In this document: in pieces, positions 1 to 15,950 of the stretch
Numbering within the stretch: the first letter of the stretch is position 1
How the letters are laid out: the number at the start of each line of letters is the position of its first letter
Assembly (NCBI RefSeq): GCF_009914755.1
Contig: NC_060930.1
DNA: 64,000 nt
Source of the DNA: the human T2T-CHM13v2.0 reference genome, Homo sapiens
Strand: one strand, 5' to 3'
Made by a program: the position numbers and the translations under genes
The notes under the pieces: model-generated
Told to the model about the DNA's origin: nothing
The model's database searches: none
What the model saw: only the letters and a program-made list of their open reading frames with translations

Positions 1-29
1 AGCCCTCATTCCTTTCTGTTTTGGGAACC

Positions 30-1180
<1,151 letters not shown>

Positions 1181-2839
1181 TTGCATAATGAATTATTTCT
1201 CATATGAAGAAATAAAGGTTAATTCACATGTCTAAGAGGGACAGAGTGAGTCCTCTAATCTAGGGTTATTCCTAATAAATTATTTATCTGTGATTAGAGA
1301 GACTCTGTACATATACATGAATTGGGGTTAAACCTTAATGTGAGATACTATTTGATAGGCTTTTCTAGTTTTCTTTTAAAATTTTGCTACAGAATGATAG
1401 CATTCTCAAAGACAGCAAGGGAATAAAGAGCAAATGTGACTGCTTAGAAATGGGGAGCCCACTGCTAACTCTCTGTGTGCTTCTCTTACAGCACTTAGCT
1501 CCTCCCAGGCCAGGCTCCCTCTCCATAATATATGTGGGTAGATTAGATGATGTTTAAAGGTCTAACTCTGTAATTCTATTATGCTGCATGTGTCACAGTG
1601 CCCTTTAAGCTACTTCCTCCTTAAAAGGCTCAGTGAGCAACCAGTGAAATATACCAGGAAGTATGATGTATCCTGAAGCTTGACACAAAAATCTCTTGGC
1701 ACAAGTATCCTGGACAACATGCAACTGATGGGCACACCTGGCCGGTCTCAGCTCCAGATGTTTTCCTTAATCCCTGGCCTTTCATCAGGAATGTGGATTT
1801 CTACTGCCATTTAATCCCTATCTAAACATACACCCACCTGAACGGTGTGGAGGACTGGATAGTAGATGGAATCAGTTCAAAGTGTAGATGGTGGCATGGT
1901 GTTTTTCACAGACAGCCTATCCTGGGGGTCTGTACTAGATATTTTCTCCCTATACCTATGTACAGGAAATTCTCCAGCCCATGAGGAAAGGACCCTATGC
2001 TGGTCTAGTACAGGGGCATGTTCAGTTCCCTAGAGGAGTCCCCTATCTTCTCTGCCACCAGCTGCTGCTGATTGGATTAGGGGTGGTGTCTGTCAGCACA
2101 GCCAGACTATGAACTGGTTCAAAACCTGTGGCCTGACCTCATGCAAAAGACATCAGCTGCAACCAGACTCTTGAATTGAGAAATACTGAGAGAATGGGAC
2201 CATTAACTCCATTAATTCCAGAGGAGGAAATGGTAGCTGTGAAGATGCAAGAGAGAAACTCAGGTAAAGTTAGAACCATGAAGTGTCATGGTAACCTGAA
2301 GTTATGAAGAAGCAGAAACTGGAATTTTTAAGAATTCAGAGGTTGCACTTCCACGTGGGAGTCCCCGAGGTGTGAACCATACAATCTGGAGTAAAGAATA
2401 AATCAGTTAGATAGAAGAGAACTGAGTGGATGAGCAGAGACAGATCACAGGGGTCCCACCACATACCCCTGCTGCTGCTGGCAGAGAATTGTCTCTGGAC
2501 CTGCACAATCTTCTTGTCCAATTTCATGCTCAGAAAGGTCTGGCCCTACCACAGTGCTTGTTCTTATTTCTGTGAGGTTCTCTCTCCAGTGTGTATTCTT
2601 ACAACCACCACTCCTCCCTCATTTCTTGCAGTAACTGGAAGAACCTAACACAGACACCTGTAGGGCAGGACTCCTTATTTTCTGACTCCCTGGCTCTGAC
2701 CACAGGTAGGACATTCAGGTGTCTAAGTATCTGGGTTGCTCTTTCTCCACATTCATGTAACATTTTCATTTGCAGAGCAATGTCTTTAGATAGTCAGCAA
2801 TCAAATCCCTACACCTTAATACTTAAGGAAATATTTAAA

Positions 2840-3048
2840 TAGGAGTGCCATAATTTAGGGCTTATGGATACCAAGGAAATGCTGGATGGTTTTTAAGGGG
2901 TTCTAGAAACCCTTATAACTGTATGCAGTGAAAATGTGTGTGTACGTGTGGGGGGGGTTGCATTTTCCTCGTGAGAGGTCCTGTAACTTTAACCAGCTTC
3001 TCAGAGAACTCTGTAACCCTTCATCCCCCTTAAACTGAAGATCACTAG
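2840..3048. mobile_element. hAT-type MER DNA transposon remnant
   Basis: cattttcctcgtgagaggtcctgtaactttaaccagcttctcagagaactctgtaacc...gaagatcactag resembles hAT-Charlie MER termini; family not assigned. Confidence 0.45.
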
Positions 3049-3057
3049 TCTGTGTGG

Positions 3058-3305
3058 CACGAGCTCAAACTCTAGAATCAGACCTGTGACTGATATCCCA
3101 GTTGTACCACTTACCAGCTGGGTAGCCTTGTATATTTACTTTACCTCTCTACAGCATATGTTATTTATGTATGAAATGGGTCTAATACTTATAGTACTCA
3201 GTACTCACACACAGAAGTTTTATAAGGATTAAGGGAGGTAACCCACATAATGTGTTTAGCACAGCACCTGGCATATAGCAAGTTCTTACTGATGGTAGAT
3301 ATTAC
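3058..3305 (+). mobile_element. MIR SINE
   Basis: matches MIR core: ctctagaatcagac...ccacttaccagctgggtagccttg...aaatggg...ttagcacagcacctggcatatag. Confidence 0.8.
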
Positions 3306-3829
3306 ATTTTTGTTATAGTTAATAAATGTAAATGTGACCAATTCATCATTGTCATGTGTTTTCAAATTCTGAATATTTATGTTTTATTGTAGAGGGTGTA
3401 TTTTTTGTCAGAAAATTATAAGACTAGAGGGAAAGACTAGTAACCAAATATAATTTTTCAAAAGTATAAATTTTATTCTCTAACAAGGCACATCAGAAAA
3501 TACCATGAAAATTTCCTCATATTTTATAAAATTTATGAATATATAAAATACTGATGAGCTAAATGGATCTATTTTGTATTGATGAACATGATTTTATGTA
3601 TTATCATAATAATACAAATTAGATGAATTTAAAAGTCAATTGCTTGGAGGTTAGCAAAATATTGAAATGACTGAAGTTGAAGATTTATTACCACTTAACA
3701 TACACTTATTTAATACCAAATATTTCACTGTGGAGGAATAGCTGAGAAACCAAATGTATTGACTAGAGTTTATATGAATGTTTCAATATAGCTGCTCTTA
3801 CTTGATTACGTATTTTAAAATTTTGTTAT

Positions 3830-3962
3830 TATTTTTTATTTATAAAATAGAGACAGGGTCTCATGTTGCCCATGCTGGTCTCGAACTCCCTGGCTCAAAC
3901 GATCCTCCCGCCTCTGCCTTCCAAAGTGCTGAGATTACAGGAGTGAGCCACTGTGCCTGGCC
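3830..3962 (-). mobile_element. Alu left monomer (FLAM-like)
   Basis: single ~130-bp antisense monomer ending gtgcctggcc. Confidence 0.85.
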
Positions 3963-4757
3963 AATTATATATTTTTAATGCCTAGTAAAAATCCATTATA
4001 AGGTACATTTTTGGCATTACCAATTAACTTGGGTGGGAAAATGTGTGATCCACAGCAGGGCAAGATTTCTATTTTAAAATAAAAGCAGATACAGTCAAAT
4101 GAACCTTACTGGAACGAATAGGAATGATATTATTATGATATTCTGCATCCACATGGCAAGAGATGACACCATTTTCTGAATTTACTTCAGATAAATATCC
4201 CGCAGTGGAATCAGCCTTCCCAGGGACCTCCCTGGACTCTGAGAAGTGATTAAAGGGACTGTGCGGCAGTCATGGGGATGCAAGCAGCTGTGGCCATCGA
4301 ACTGGTTCTAACAGGTCAGTCCTGATGAGAACTCCATGGTGGGGAAAATAAATCCTCTAAATTCCTGATGGGAGGCCTTTGACTTTTAATGTGACAAGTG
4401 ATTAGTCAGGTGTATGTGAATAATCATTATACAGGAAACAACAACAGCAAAACAAAACCCAACCCAACTCACCAATGCAAAAAATGTCATGTTTTCAAAG
4501 TAATGATGTCCAGCCTGCCTTTTGCAAAGGGAAGAAGCACAGGAGCGGGTTTTACCAAGACAACACTGTGTTCTTATTCCACCAAGTGGAAGAAATAAAA
4601 GTAAGGAATTTTCTGGCCCACATCCAATCACTCAACCTCTGTTGACTGGGTCCAGATCTGCAGATGCCTCAGGCCACAGAGGTATTTGGCTGGACTCCAC
4701 GTCTGTGTAGAAGGACAAAAGTCTTGCTATTTGCAGATTGTGTGGGTAGCAGGAGTC

Positions 4758-4793
4758 ATGACGATGATGATGATGATGACGATCATGATCATG
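4758..4793 (+). repeat. imperfect (GAT)n microsatellite
   Basis: atgacgatgatgatgatgatgacgatcatgatcatg. Confidence 0.8.
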
Positions 4794-5609
4794 CTTTTAG
4801 TTGAGTGTTCTCTGACATTTTGATAGCTATTTGCACATAATTTTTAATCTAAGGATCCCAGGTAGATCTGCTAGTGGGGCTTCCAGGGGCTGTCTTGTCT
4901 CTGAGAGAATGTCCTTGGTGTCAGTTGCCTCCACCTGCCCTGGGCCATGCCCAGGCTGAAGGCCAGCAGCCAGCATTTTGCTTAGGTGTGAGGCTGTTGC
5001 ATAGCAACTTTCTGTTCAAATATGCTAAAAATGGATTCTTATCCTTTTTCCAATCTTCTGTAAGACAGTCCCCATGTAGGACGCTATATTAGCACAGTGC
5101 CCAGCCTGCCCGAGTAGCTGGATAGGTACTCTGTAAATGCTTGGCTGCTGCTTCTTGTCGATGAATACATGAATGACTTCTTCATGCAAAGAGCAGCTTG
5201 CTACTTTTATCTTTCTCTCTGTCTCTCTCCTTTTTTTTGGAGGGCAACAGAGAGGATTAGGAATTTGGAAAACTCCTTAGTACATTACTGGTAGTTGCTT
5301 TTAATTCAATAGAAGACATGATCATTAGTATAATTTCAAATAGTTCCCAACTCCAATCCTTCATTTCTTCTTGTTTCTGTAAGGATCTCCTATTTAGTTG
5401 ACTTCTCCATTCCTACATTTAGACATGAGAATGAGACCCTTAAGCAAGTCTTCTGGAAATTCCAGAACCTTGAGATTTGGTGCCAAGCCTAGGATTAAAT
5501 TGAATTTAGAATGATTCCGGGGAGAGAAATGGAGACATCTATTGTGTACCTTTGTACTGGGTCATCTTAGTTAAACTCCATTTCTCGTAATCCCTTTCAT
5601 TGTGGCTCC

Positions 5610-6495
<886 letters not shown>

Positions 6496-7269
6496 CCTAT
6501 TCTTACCCTAAATGAATACCAGCATCCCTTTTAAAACGGTGGCCCTGGTGTTCAGATGTTGTTTATCCTCTCTTGGGGACCACCAACCCTAGTGGGGGAA
6601 GGCATGAAGATCCTTTTCTGTATTTTATCCGGTATGTTAGCTGAACTTGTAAACTTGAACTTGTTTCATGTAACTCAAGTATACTATCCACAGGAGAGAA
6701 GTAGTGAAGGTTTATAGGGAAAAAAAATAGACAATCCATTGCCATCGAAAAGCCCGATCGGGAGGGAAAGTATACACACAGGTGCAAATATTAAAGGACT
6801 GATTAAACACCTGAAGGCATAGGAGAGATGAGAAAAAGATGAGGGGAGGGTGGAGTAAACAAAGGTAAACACAAGTTAAGAGTACCATAAATGTTTGTTG
6901 AATGAGTGCATGAGAGGTGTTTTGACATTTTTATAAAAAACAAATATAACAAGAATATAATATTATTTTTTAATCTCCTACTTTCGTAATACACCAATAA
7001 AACTATTTTCATTTTCAGCTGTTATTCTTCATCTCTGTATACATTTGTCAAATACTTAGAATTGCAGTGCAACAGCTTTTTGTAGTTTCTTTACTTTTCC
7101 CCACTTATTTTTTGACATATATATTTTTTTCCGTTGACCTGGGAAGCTATGATGACTTTTAAGGAGATTTTTAAACCTCTGTTCAAAAAGGTTTTATGTT
7201 TTCCACTTCAACTCCTGCTCTGAATGTTTAGTTCTGAGAGGGATCTGAGCTGTTTTGGAAATCAGTCTG

Positions 7270-7357
7270 ACAAACGATTGCGAAGGCAGTGTGTAGCCAA
7301 GGTGAGTCGTAAAAAGTAAGAGCTGTTGCTAAGGGAACCGCTAGAGAAACGGTGAGG
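7270..7357 (+). promoter_or_regulatory. candidate promoter / first exon with RFX X-box-like site
   Basis: GTTGCTAAGGGAAC at 7325-7338 (X-box-like); 5 CpGs in ~80 bp of CpG-poor DNA; consensus donor AAG|GTGAGT at 7301/7302 and ACG|GTGAGG at 7351/7352. Confidence 0.45.
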
Positions 7358-8024
7358 GTATAAACTTTGCTATCATATTTAAATTTCTTGCAGCAGTCCT
7401 TGGTTATTGTACTTGAAAATTTAAACAGCTCCAGTTAAGACACAAATGTCCTAGGAGTGATGGATGTGGTCTGGCAGAGGCCATTGTCACAGAAGATAGT
7501 GCAGGCTGCTGGAAGGAAGGGAAGGAAGCCGTTTCTGCCCACAGACCAAGAAGAGCACTTTCTGGACCCAGGGATCTGTGGATTTGAATGAGAATTTAGT
7601 TTACAATTGGGAAAAGTCACCTTTGTGTGGCTGCACAGGTCCCTCTCTACCTGGGTGCAGGTGTTTTGTTAAGGTGGCTGGGCACAACTTATATATACAC
7701 AATTAAATGCAACCTTACATTGAACTCCAGTGCCTTCAACTGGTAAAAATGGAGCTGCTTTGATTGGGTTTTGAGTGAGGTGACAAAATTTCTCACTCTT
7801 GGCCTTCACCTCACCCTTACTCTCAACTCTACTTCTTTACCGCTGCAGTCCCTGAGGCCCACGTGGCTATCAGAAGAATAGCTTGAAAAATGTTAGTTTA
7901 GGACCACTTTTATTCACACTTATGAGGACATTGGAAGATTTAATTTGTGAATCAGAGATTTTGCATTTCTTTTTCCTTTTCATTAATCTCTTGGTAATAA
8001 TAAAGATACTATAAAAGCAAAATC

Positions 8025-8400
8025 TTCCATCATTCCTGTAATGTGCCAGGCATCTTGCTAAGCACTTCACAGATAGCAGTTCATTTGATCTTTCCAACAA
8101 CCCTATGTGGAAGGTGCTTCTGTAATTCATGGGTTGTAAAACAATTTTCTCTCACATTTTAACATTTGTGAACTTAGAATGTATCTTACTTTTGATGGTG
8201 TGACATAGTTTAATGGGCAGCATTTTAAAATTTCTTAATGGACCATAACATAATGGTGTGTTTTACAATGACAGCTTAGATTCCATGAAATGCAATATTA
8301 ATATTCCCATTTTACAAATGGAGAATGAAGGCACTGAGAGGTTCAGTAACTTTGCCCAATAATACACCTTGGCATCCTGGCTCAGAAGTATGCTCTTTTC
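8025..8400 (-). mobile_element. MIR interrupted by MER104
   Basis: atgtgccaggcatcttgctaagcac...ccaacaaccctatgtgg and cccattttacaaatggag...gagaggttcagtaactttgccc. Confidence 0.75.
8125..8297 (+). mobile_element. MER104 (TcMar DNA transposon)
   Basis: tcacattttaacatttgtgaa...gacatagtttaatgggcagcatttt...taatggtgtg...cttagattccatgaaat matches recalled MER104 consensus. Confidence 0.7.
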
Positions 8401-9134
8401 CAGGCATTTGGCCTGGGCTTTCCCCTGTTTATCTCTGAATTGACATTGAGGGTTGCTCCCTGGGCCTCAGAGTTCCCCTGCAGTTCTGACACTGGATTTC
8501 ATCCATTGGGTGGAGGGCTTCCTGCAGGCAGACACCCCTGGCAGGGTTAACACATCAAGCATTTTTCATTCTATCATTAACACTGCTGGAATTTGCTTAT
8601 TATATTGCTTTTCCAAATGAAAACCAATTCCAGAACAGTCCTTTGGAGATGAGGCCCAGATCAAGTTTTGATAAGGGAAAAGACTGGAAGGATAGATGGT
8701 GTGCTAGAACTGATTTCAACTGGCTTGGAAGAGCTCTTGCTATCTGGTTGTTTGAAATCATTCTGCCAATAAAATTGACCATGGGGGAACTACTTACATC
8801 ATAGAAATGGTCAAACGTTATGAATCAAGACTTTTTTGTTTGTTTGTCTGTTCTTTTAGCTTAAAAAAAGTTTTTTGGAGGCTATGCCATCCAATGTCTG
8901 TCCTTTTTAGAGAGCAGATTCAGAAGCACGTCAGCAGATAGACGCTCAACCATCTGATTTCCACAGAAAACTTCATTGGTCAAAACACAATAGTGGGAGG
9001 AAAGCAGGTAGACAGAGTGTGAAAAAATGAGCAGAATCCGAAGTTTTCAAAATAGTCTTAATGTCAAATAATTTCATTATTATTACAGTTAGATCTTGTG
9101 CATGTGTGTATCTGTTAATTTAATTCACGTTATC

Positions 9135-9437
9135 TTTTTTTTTTTTTTTTTTTGAGACGGAGTCTCGCTCTGTCGCCCAGGCTGGAGTGCAGTGGCATGA
9201 TCTTGGCTCACTGCAAACTCCATCCACCTCCTGGGTTCATGCCATTCTCCTGCCTCAGCCCCCCGAGTAGCTGGGACTACAGGCGCCCACCACCACGCCC
9301 AGCTAATTTCTGTGTTTTTAGTAGAAACGGGGTTTCACCATGTTAGCCAGGATGGTCTCGATCTCCTGACCTCATGATCCACCCGCCTCGGCCTCCCAAA
9401 GTGCTGGGATTACAGGCGTGAGCCACCGCACCCGGCC
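9135..9437 (-). mobile_element. AluY-like with TSD
   Basis: gccattctcc and gttagccaggatggtctcgatctcc diagnostics; TSD aattca(c/t)gttatct at 9122-9135 and 9438-9451. Confidence 0.95.
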
Positions 9438-9536
9438 AATTCATGTTATCTTAATGTCATTATAGGTAGGAGAACATTGACACATATGCTATCCATATGT
9501 GTGGTGCTGTAGAGAAATAAAAATTATCCAAGGAGC

Positions 9537-9852
<316 letters not shown>

Positions 9853-10567
9853 TCACTTTTAATTTTGTGTTCATTGCTAAGAGCAGGAAAGGCTAGGGAA
9901 CTATTTGCCAACGGCAGTGAGTGGCCAACGGGGCTTCCAGGATCACCCAAGGGTAGCCCAGAAACAATAAATATTGGATCTCAGAGGGCATCCATGATCA
10001 CCATATAAAAAGTGATCAGTGTATGTTCATTGCTGAGCTGAGCAATTATAGGAGTTCTCAAACAGTCACATCTCTTCCATATGAATTATTTTGGTTTTTT
10101 TTTTTTCCTCCTTGGTAATTCTCAGTAAAACCCACGAAACGAAAAGAGCTGTGGGCTTATCACAAGAAGGAGGAAGGAAGTGAGCAGAAAGAAGCACAGG
10201 AGGCCTCACTCTCCTCAGCCTGAAGAGAGAAAACTCCAGGGAACAGAATGGATTGTGGCAAGGTTAGAAAGAGACCCAAAGCAACCTGAGATCTCAGGTG
10301 TTTGGCAAAGAGGAAAGGAAGAGCCTGTAAATAGGCTGGGGTTTGAGGAGAAGCCGTTGGGGCTAAGAGTGAGGGGAGGGAGCTTGGGTCCTCAAACAGG
10401 AGCTCTTTGGTCATCTTGGGGCCACAGAAGTCACAAGACACTGTTGGGTATTGATGGTGGGGAAATGAGACAAGGGCAGGTGACCCCAAAAGCTGACTGG
10501 GGGAAGGGTTAGGGATTACGGTTGCCTTACAGACAGCAACGGGCCTGCCCATTTCTCATTTTCAAAT

Positions 10568-10718
10568 TGGGCTATTTTAGAAAGAAATATCTTTGTGATT
10601 CTCTTCTGTTTAGAGCTGCCAAGGATTCAGTTCAAGAAAGGTATCTTTATGGATGTTAGGATGGAAATGTTAGCAGCTGGGTTCTTGGCTAACTTAGAAG
10701 GAGGGGTTTGGCTTTTTA
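10568..10718 (+). repeat. copy 1 of diverged ~150-bp direct duplication containing a 25-nt microexon candidate (10616-10640)
   Basis: 34/36 identity of 10614-10649 to 12718-12753 and 28/31 identity of 10683-10713 to 12784-12814. Confidence 0.85.
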
Positions 10719-12076
10719 GGGTATAATGTAAGGCTGGACAACAACTTCTGAAATAGCCTGCCCTGATACCTGCCCCCACTCCCGGAAAAGGGCTGCTCAC
10801 AATTTATTAACAAATATGGCTCTTATTAATAATTCTTTGAGCTAGCAGAGCAATCCTAGCTGATTGAAAATAATTACCAGCCTCTCCAGTTGATTAAACA
10901 GCACATTTGGATTTTCATTTATATCATCATTTTGATTGAATGATGTGTGTGTACGTGGGGCTGTGTATTAACAAGGTGTCTCTTAAAAGTAATAATAAGT
11001 ACTCAATGAGAAAGAGTTGCATATTGCTCAGTATAAAAGCAAAAACAAGAAGTCTAAGGCAGGTGAGCAAAAGAACAAAACTGGGACCTAAAATAAATTA
11101 TGAAAGGCAGACTGTGACAGAGATAAAGTCTCATGGGACGCAATGATAAACACATAGAAAAATACTTATGACGTTCCAAGCATAGCATCAGAGGATTGAA
11201 AATTCTGGTCAGCATCAACAAACAAGCAGTGTAATTAATCTGGAACAGAAAGAATACCACAGATGTTTAAAATTTTTTTTTTTCTACTGACTCAGTCTCC
11301 CGCATACTTACAAATTGAAGCATGTCGATTAATAGCTCCTGAGGTTCACGCCCAACGGGCCCAGTTCCAGGACTGTGTTTGCACTCAATGACATCCTTTT
11401 GGATTCAAACTATTTCCCCTAATCAGAATATAAGAATAATTAAAGCCTAAACTCTCTTTGTCTCGCAGTGGTCACCCAAGTGTGTTCTGTTAGAGATTCA
11501 CTCAACAAGAATAACAAACAAAAACTCCCACCAGAAACTGCTGCGTCTCACAGAAGGGATGCAGGCTGCTCCTCTTTGCTCATGTAACTGAGTGTGGCGC
11601 AGCCTCATTCATAACACGATAGTGCTAACTTGCTTCCACCTGGTTCATTTGAATTCGGATTTTGCTGCAGGTCTCCCTCTGGTTTAGTTCCACAAACTTT
11701 AAATGCTAGAGAAAAGATTATGCAAACGTGGAAGTTCATAACAACCTGAGGCCATTTTATTTCACAACCTTGAGGAGTAGCGCAAATGTTTTCCTGGAGA
11801 GGTAAACCAAGTCACCAAGCTGCTCTGCTGGTGTCTTAACATTTCCTATCAAGTCAGAGGCAAAAAAAACATGAGAATCTCGGCCAGAATTGAAAATTCG
11901 CAGGTTTGTTAGAGCACTGCCCTCTCTTAAGATGGCTTTTTGTTTTTTACCTGCAGTGCTGGTTAAACATGAAATTTTTCTGAAAGGGCAGGGAAAGGCA
12001 GAGTGGCCCATATGGATTGGAAAGAGCCAGCTCTGCTGAGGAAGACCTCATCTCAGACCTGGCAGCTCTTCCTTTA

Positions 12077-12500
<424 letters not shown>

Positions 12501-12676
12501 TCACCCCACGCCTTTCGTTGGACCCACCAAATCTCATATGGGGTTGACACAGGCAACAGCCATCTCACAAACACTGAAATTATATATAATGTACCAAACT
12601 GTGAGTTCCTGGATAAGGCCTTATACTTCTTTGCTATGAGATTGATCAGGAGCAAAATCCCTAGATCTCTTTCTGT

Positions 12677-12819
12677 TTGAGCTATTATTTAAAAAAAAAT
12701 CTTTGTTATCTATCTTTAGCTGCCAAGGATTCAGCTAAAGAAAGGTATCTTTACAGGTCTTCAGGAGATTTTGGCAGTCAGGCTCTTGGCTAACTCAGAA
12801 GGAGGGTCTTGGCTATTTT
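12677..12819 (+). repeat. copy 2 of diverged ~150-bp direct duplication containing a 25-nt microexon candidate (12720-12744)
   Basis: see copy 1; tatctttag|ctgccaaggattcagctaaagaaag|gtatct. Confidence 0.85.
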
Positions 12820-13748
12820 GCTAAATAGGTTGGTAAAATAGAATATGGAGAGAAGACATGAAACTGTACTAAAAAGACAGTGTTCTTATCTCTAAAAATT
12901 GGGTATTCACAATTTAAATGTTATTTTAACTTAGAAATGCATTTTGTCCACATTTACATCCAAGATGCAAAGGTATTCTGACATACATACTTACACACAC
13001 ATAGAAAAAAGTATTCAAAGAGAGGCTGAGAAGTCACCTGTCCACTTAGTAACCAGAATAGAAATAGAAATAGAGAGCAGGTACAAAAATAATTTCTCAG
13101 AGTCTTTGGCCTACAAAAGATATATTTGGTTGTTCCATGCGAACTAGCCCTTCCCCCATTGCCTGTATATCCCGTCTTAATAATTCCCATCTCTTTTTAT
13201 TCTTCCCCAAGTCACTAGGCTAAGAGAATGTTTCTAATTATCTCTAACAAACCCACTTAGGTTATGTTTACATAACAATAAGAAAATGTTTCAGGGAGGA
13301 ATTAACTATTGCACTGGGGCGTAGGCATTAATTTCTTCATGTAAGATCCAGTTCTTCTTTACTGAATGTTTCATCAAAATGTTTATCTCAAACTAGTAGG
13401 CTCAGCCTGGTTAAGGGGTGTTTTCCACATAAAAGCCTCCTGATTGGACAAAAACTGGCCTCACCCAGGGTGTCCTAAGATGGTCTTATCTTTTAACACA
13501 CTTTCTGACTCCTTTTAGACAAAAGAAGGAAACTAAAACAAAATTGGGGCTAACAATATGGTTAGGAAGATAGGACATTAGTATTAAACCAGGGACAGAT
13601 ATCCTTGTGAAAATGAAAGAAATGTAAAGGACAGAATCATTAAATTTCATAATAGAGCTGGAAGGACTTAAAACTAATCTAATCTTCCTTATTCTACAGC
13701 TGTGGAAATGGAGAACCACACAGAGCAAAGTGACTGACCACATTTTCT

Positions 13749-13996
13749 TTTTTCTTTCTTTTTTTTTTTTTTTTTTTTGAGACGGAGTCTTGCTCTGTTG
13801 CCCAGGCTGGAGTGCAGTTGAGCGATCTCAGCTCATTGCAACTTCTGCCTCCTGGGTTCAAGCAATTCTCCTGCCTTAGCCTCCCAAGTAGCGGGACTAC
13901 AGGGGCCGGCCATTACGCCAGGCTAATTTTTGCATTTTTAGTAGAGATGGGGTTTCACCATGTTGGCCAGGCTGGTCTCGAACACCTGACCTCATG
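13749..13996 (-). mobile_element. 5'-truncated Alu with 18-bp TSD
   Basis: TSD tgactga(c/t)cacattttct at 13731-13748 and 13995-14012; Alu stops at cctgacctcatga. Confidence 0.9.
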
Positions 13997-14829
13997 ACTG
14001 ATCACATTTTCTAAAAGCACTGGCCTATGGTCCAAGAGCTAATGTAAACATTTCAAGGCAGATTTTTCTAGATATGCTAGAAAAAAAACTCATCCAATAT
14101 TCTCTTTTATTCGAAAATCCAATCATTCATATTACAGTCTTTTCCCATATTTCTCTCAAATTTCTCATGCTGACTAGTTCAGGCCAGGTCTAATTTTTGG
14201 TAAACTGTCTTGGGGGGCAAATATTCCAAGAGAAGGACCTAGAGTCTGCCCCTGGGTAGAGGGAACCATACCTGCAGCTAGAGATAAACCACTACAGCTG
14301 CCAACGTAGGCCTTTGTGCTTAGCAGTTTGCCCGTGACTTGTAGCTAAGGCTTCTTTAGCACACAGGAGACAGAATTCTAATCAGGACCATGTTTTCTGG
14401 GTTTACTATACCCCGGCTCAGTCTGAGGGACAGAGAGGAGTGGTTTTGTTTTGATCACTTTCATTTGTGGCAGTCTATGCCTGCCTCTTGCTCTTTCAAC
14501 AAATCCATGAGATTCCTCATTCTCCTCTTTCCTCTTTTTTAAAATCTTAATTTCCTAGTCATTTCAAATTTGCTGTTTTTCGATTTTCTCCTCCACCTGT
14601 CCTTCACCTTAATCCTCTAATCCCATTCGAGCAAAGTAGTAAGTTCTTTTCTTTGTTTTCTCCCCGTAGTTTTCTATTTTTTATTTATTTCTTTTTATAT
14701 CTTGGGAAGTTTACCCTTTTTGCCAAATGTGAATTATGCTCATTTGGACATTTAAGAATTCATTTTCTAGTTTTGATGAGGCTAAAATACTACGGTTTTT
14801 TCACTTTTTTTTTTTTTTTTCTAAATCAC

Positions 14830-15310
14830 TAAACTTCTTGAAAGAGGTCTACACTTGCTCTATACTTAGTGTCTTTACATTTCATTAATTCCTCAACCCA
14901 ATACTGTCTGGCTTCCACCAACACCACTCAATTAAAAATACTCTCTGACCAACATCCTCCCAAGTGGGCAGTTCAATGGCCTCACTTTCTCTTGTTATCC
15001 TACTTGACATTTATGCAACATTTGACACGGTTGACCAGTCCCTCCTTATTGAAACTCTCTCTTCTTTCTCCGCCTCTTTTATTTCACCAGCTTCTGCCTC
15101 TCTAAGCTTTCTTCTTGGGCTTCCTTTGCTGGTTTCTCCCACCCTTTGATGTTGTTTTTCTAGGGGATCAATTTATGGTCAGCTCACACTGCACACTCCT
15201 GCCCTATTCTAATTTCTTTAATAGCTCCATAAGCATTGATAAAGTTCTGTGGCTCATAACTTCTCAGCTGAAGTCCAGTTCATATTTCCTAGGGCCTATA
15301 GGACATCTCT
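14830..15310 (+). mobile_element. L2 ORF2 (reverse transcriptase) remnant
   Basis: ORF 14964-15149 reads LVILLDIYATFDTVDQSLL, matching the L2/CR1 RT motif LLDLSAAFDTVDHxxL. Confidence 0.8.
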
Positions 15311-15539
15311 TATTTTCTCTGAACAGGCTGTATTACTGTTATTATTATTACCATTATCATGATCATCATGATTAAATTCTCCACCAGTTTGCACATGCTG
15401 TTTTCTTTGCTTCCTACATCCTTCTTTCACCACACCAGCTTGGAGCACTCCCGCTAATTATTCAAGACCAGCTCTCCTGCTATCTGTTCTTTGTCACTCT
15501 TAGGAAGAGTTAGTTGTTATTTCCTTTCTTCTTTTTGAA

Positions 15540-15950
15540 GCATTTTGATAGACATAATGACTTACATTAATGGAATTCTTAGGTGCCAATTGCTGATCTA
15601 AATTTTTCACACACATTATCTCATTCATTCTGCCTGGTAGCCTCTGATAAAGTTACTCTACCAATTTTGGATGAGGAACCTAAGACTCCATGTAGTAACT
15701 TGACCAGGGTCCCATAATAAAGTTTCAATTCCAGGGAGTCTGAATAACCTCCCCAAATAATAGTAGCTAACTTTTACTGACTGATTACTTTGTGCGTGGA
15801 TTTTCTGTGTTGTCTCATTTAGTCCCCAGAACAGTTAGGAAGGAGTATAATCATGATACCTATTTTATAAATGAGGAAATTGAGGCGTATCTTGCTCAAA
15901 ACTGCATAGCCTATGAAGTAGCCAAGTGAGAATGTACTTTGTATTATTTA
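15540..15950 (-). mobile_element. two adjacent MIR remnants
   Basis: attttggatgaggaacctaagactc...taacttgaccagggtc and ctattttataaatgaggaaattgaggc. Confidence 0.65.

Noticed and set aside
4322-4350. CTGATGA...GAAA, hammerhead ribozyme-like core
   Set aside because: The stem II closing pair and stems I/III cannot be formed.
6753-6762. CCCGATCGGG palindrome
   Set aside because: 10-bp palindromes are expected by chance in 64 kb.
10521-10540. GTTGCC-ttacagac-AGCAAC X-box half-sites
   Set aside because: The 8-nt spacer is too long for a canonical RFX site.
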